Shown here one piece after another: positions 63,860 through 64,000 of a stretch of DNA of 64,000 nucleotides (positions are counted from its first letter, which is position 1; each line of letters opens with the position of its first letter). The notes below the pieces were generated by a model. That model searched no databases, was not told the DNA's origin, and saw nothing but the letters and a program-made list of their open reading frames with translations. The DNA is from Camelus dromedarius (taxonomy: Eukaryota): positions 10,170,001 through 10,234,000 of the forward strand of contig NC_087437.1 of the NCBI RefSeq assembly GCF_036321535.1. Reading direction: 5' to 3'. Position numbers and translations under genes: made by a program.

Positions 63860-64000
63860 TTAGGACCTACTGTCTAGCACAGGGAACTATATCTAATTTC
63901 TTGTAATAACAGATAATGGAAAAGACTCTGAAAAGAAAAAAAAATATATATATATATATGTATAGGTATAACTGAATCACTTTACTGCACACCTGAAACT
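63860..64000 (+). mobile_element. L1 3' UTR fragment (runs off window)
   Basis: 'ggacctactgtctagcacagggaactatatc...ataactgaatcactttactgcacacctgaaact'. Confidence 0.88.

Overview
Mammalian genomic DNA, most likely a camelid (camel, alpaca or llama). This inference rests on four tRNA-Ala-derived vic-1-type SINEs and cetartiodactyl-type L1 3' ends, with no ruminant Bov-tA/BovB or pig PRE1 elements seen. I found no intact protein-coding gene. The window reads as intergenic or intronic sequence dense in LTRs, L1, L2, MIR and hAT elements plus microsatellites. The main gene-derived feature is a 1.3-kb processed pseudogene of the cTAGE5/MIA2 family (32863-34184, minus strand) with a poly(A) tail and target-site duplication (TSD). 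It is strongly diverged and internally deleted but has well-preserved insertion hallmarks, suggesting it was copied from an intermediate 'mini-cTAGE' retrogene. Other notable structures are a SINE-L1 chimera inside one perfect 17-bp TSD, three related nested/inverted LTRs, a deleted ERV keeping the env TM region, a MER91-borne CTCF motif, and several candidate regulatory elements. Repeat subfamily names are recalled from memory, and boundaries not fixed by a TSD are approximate.
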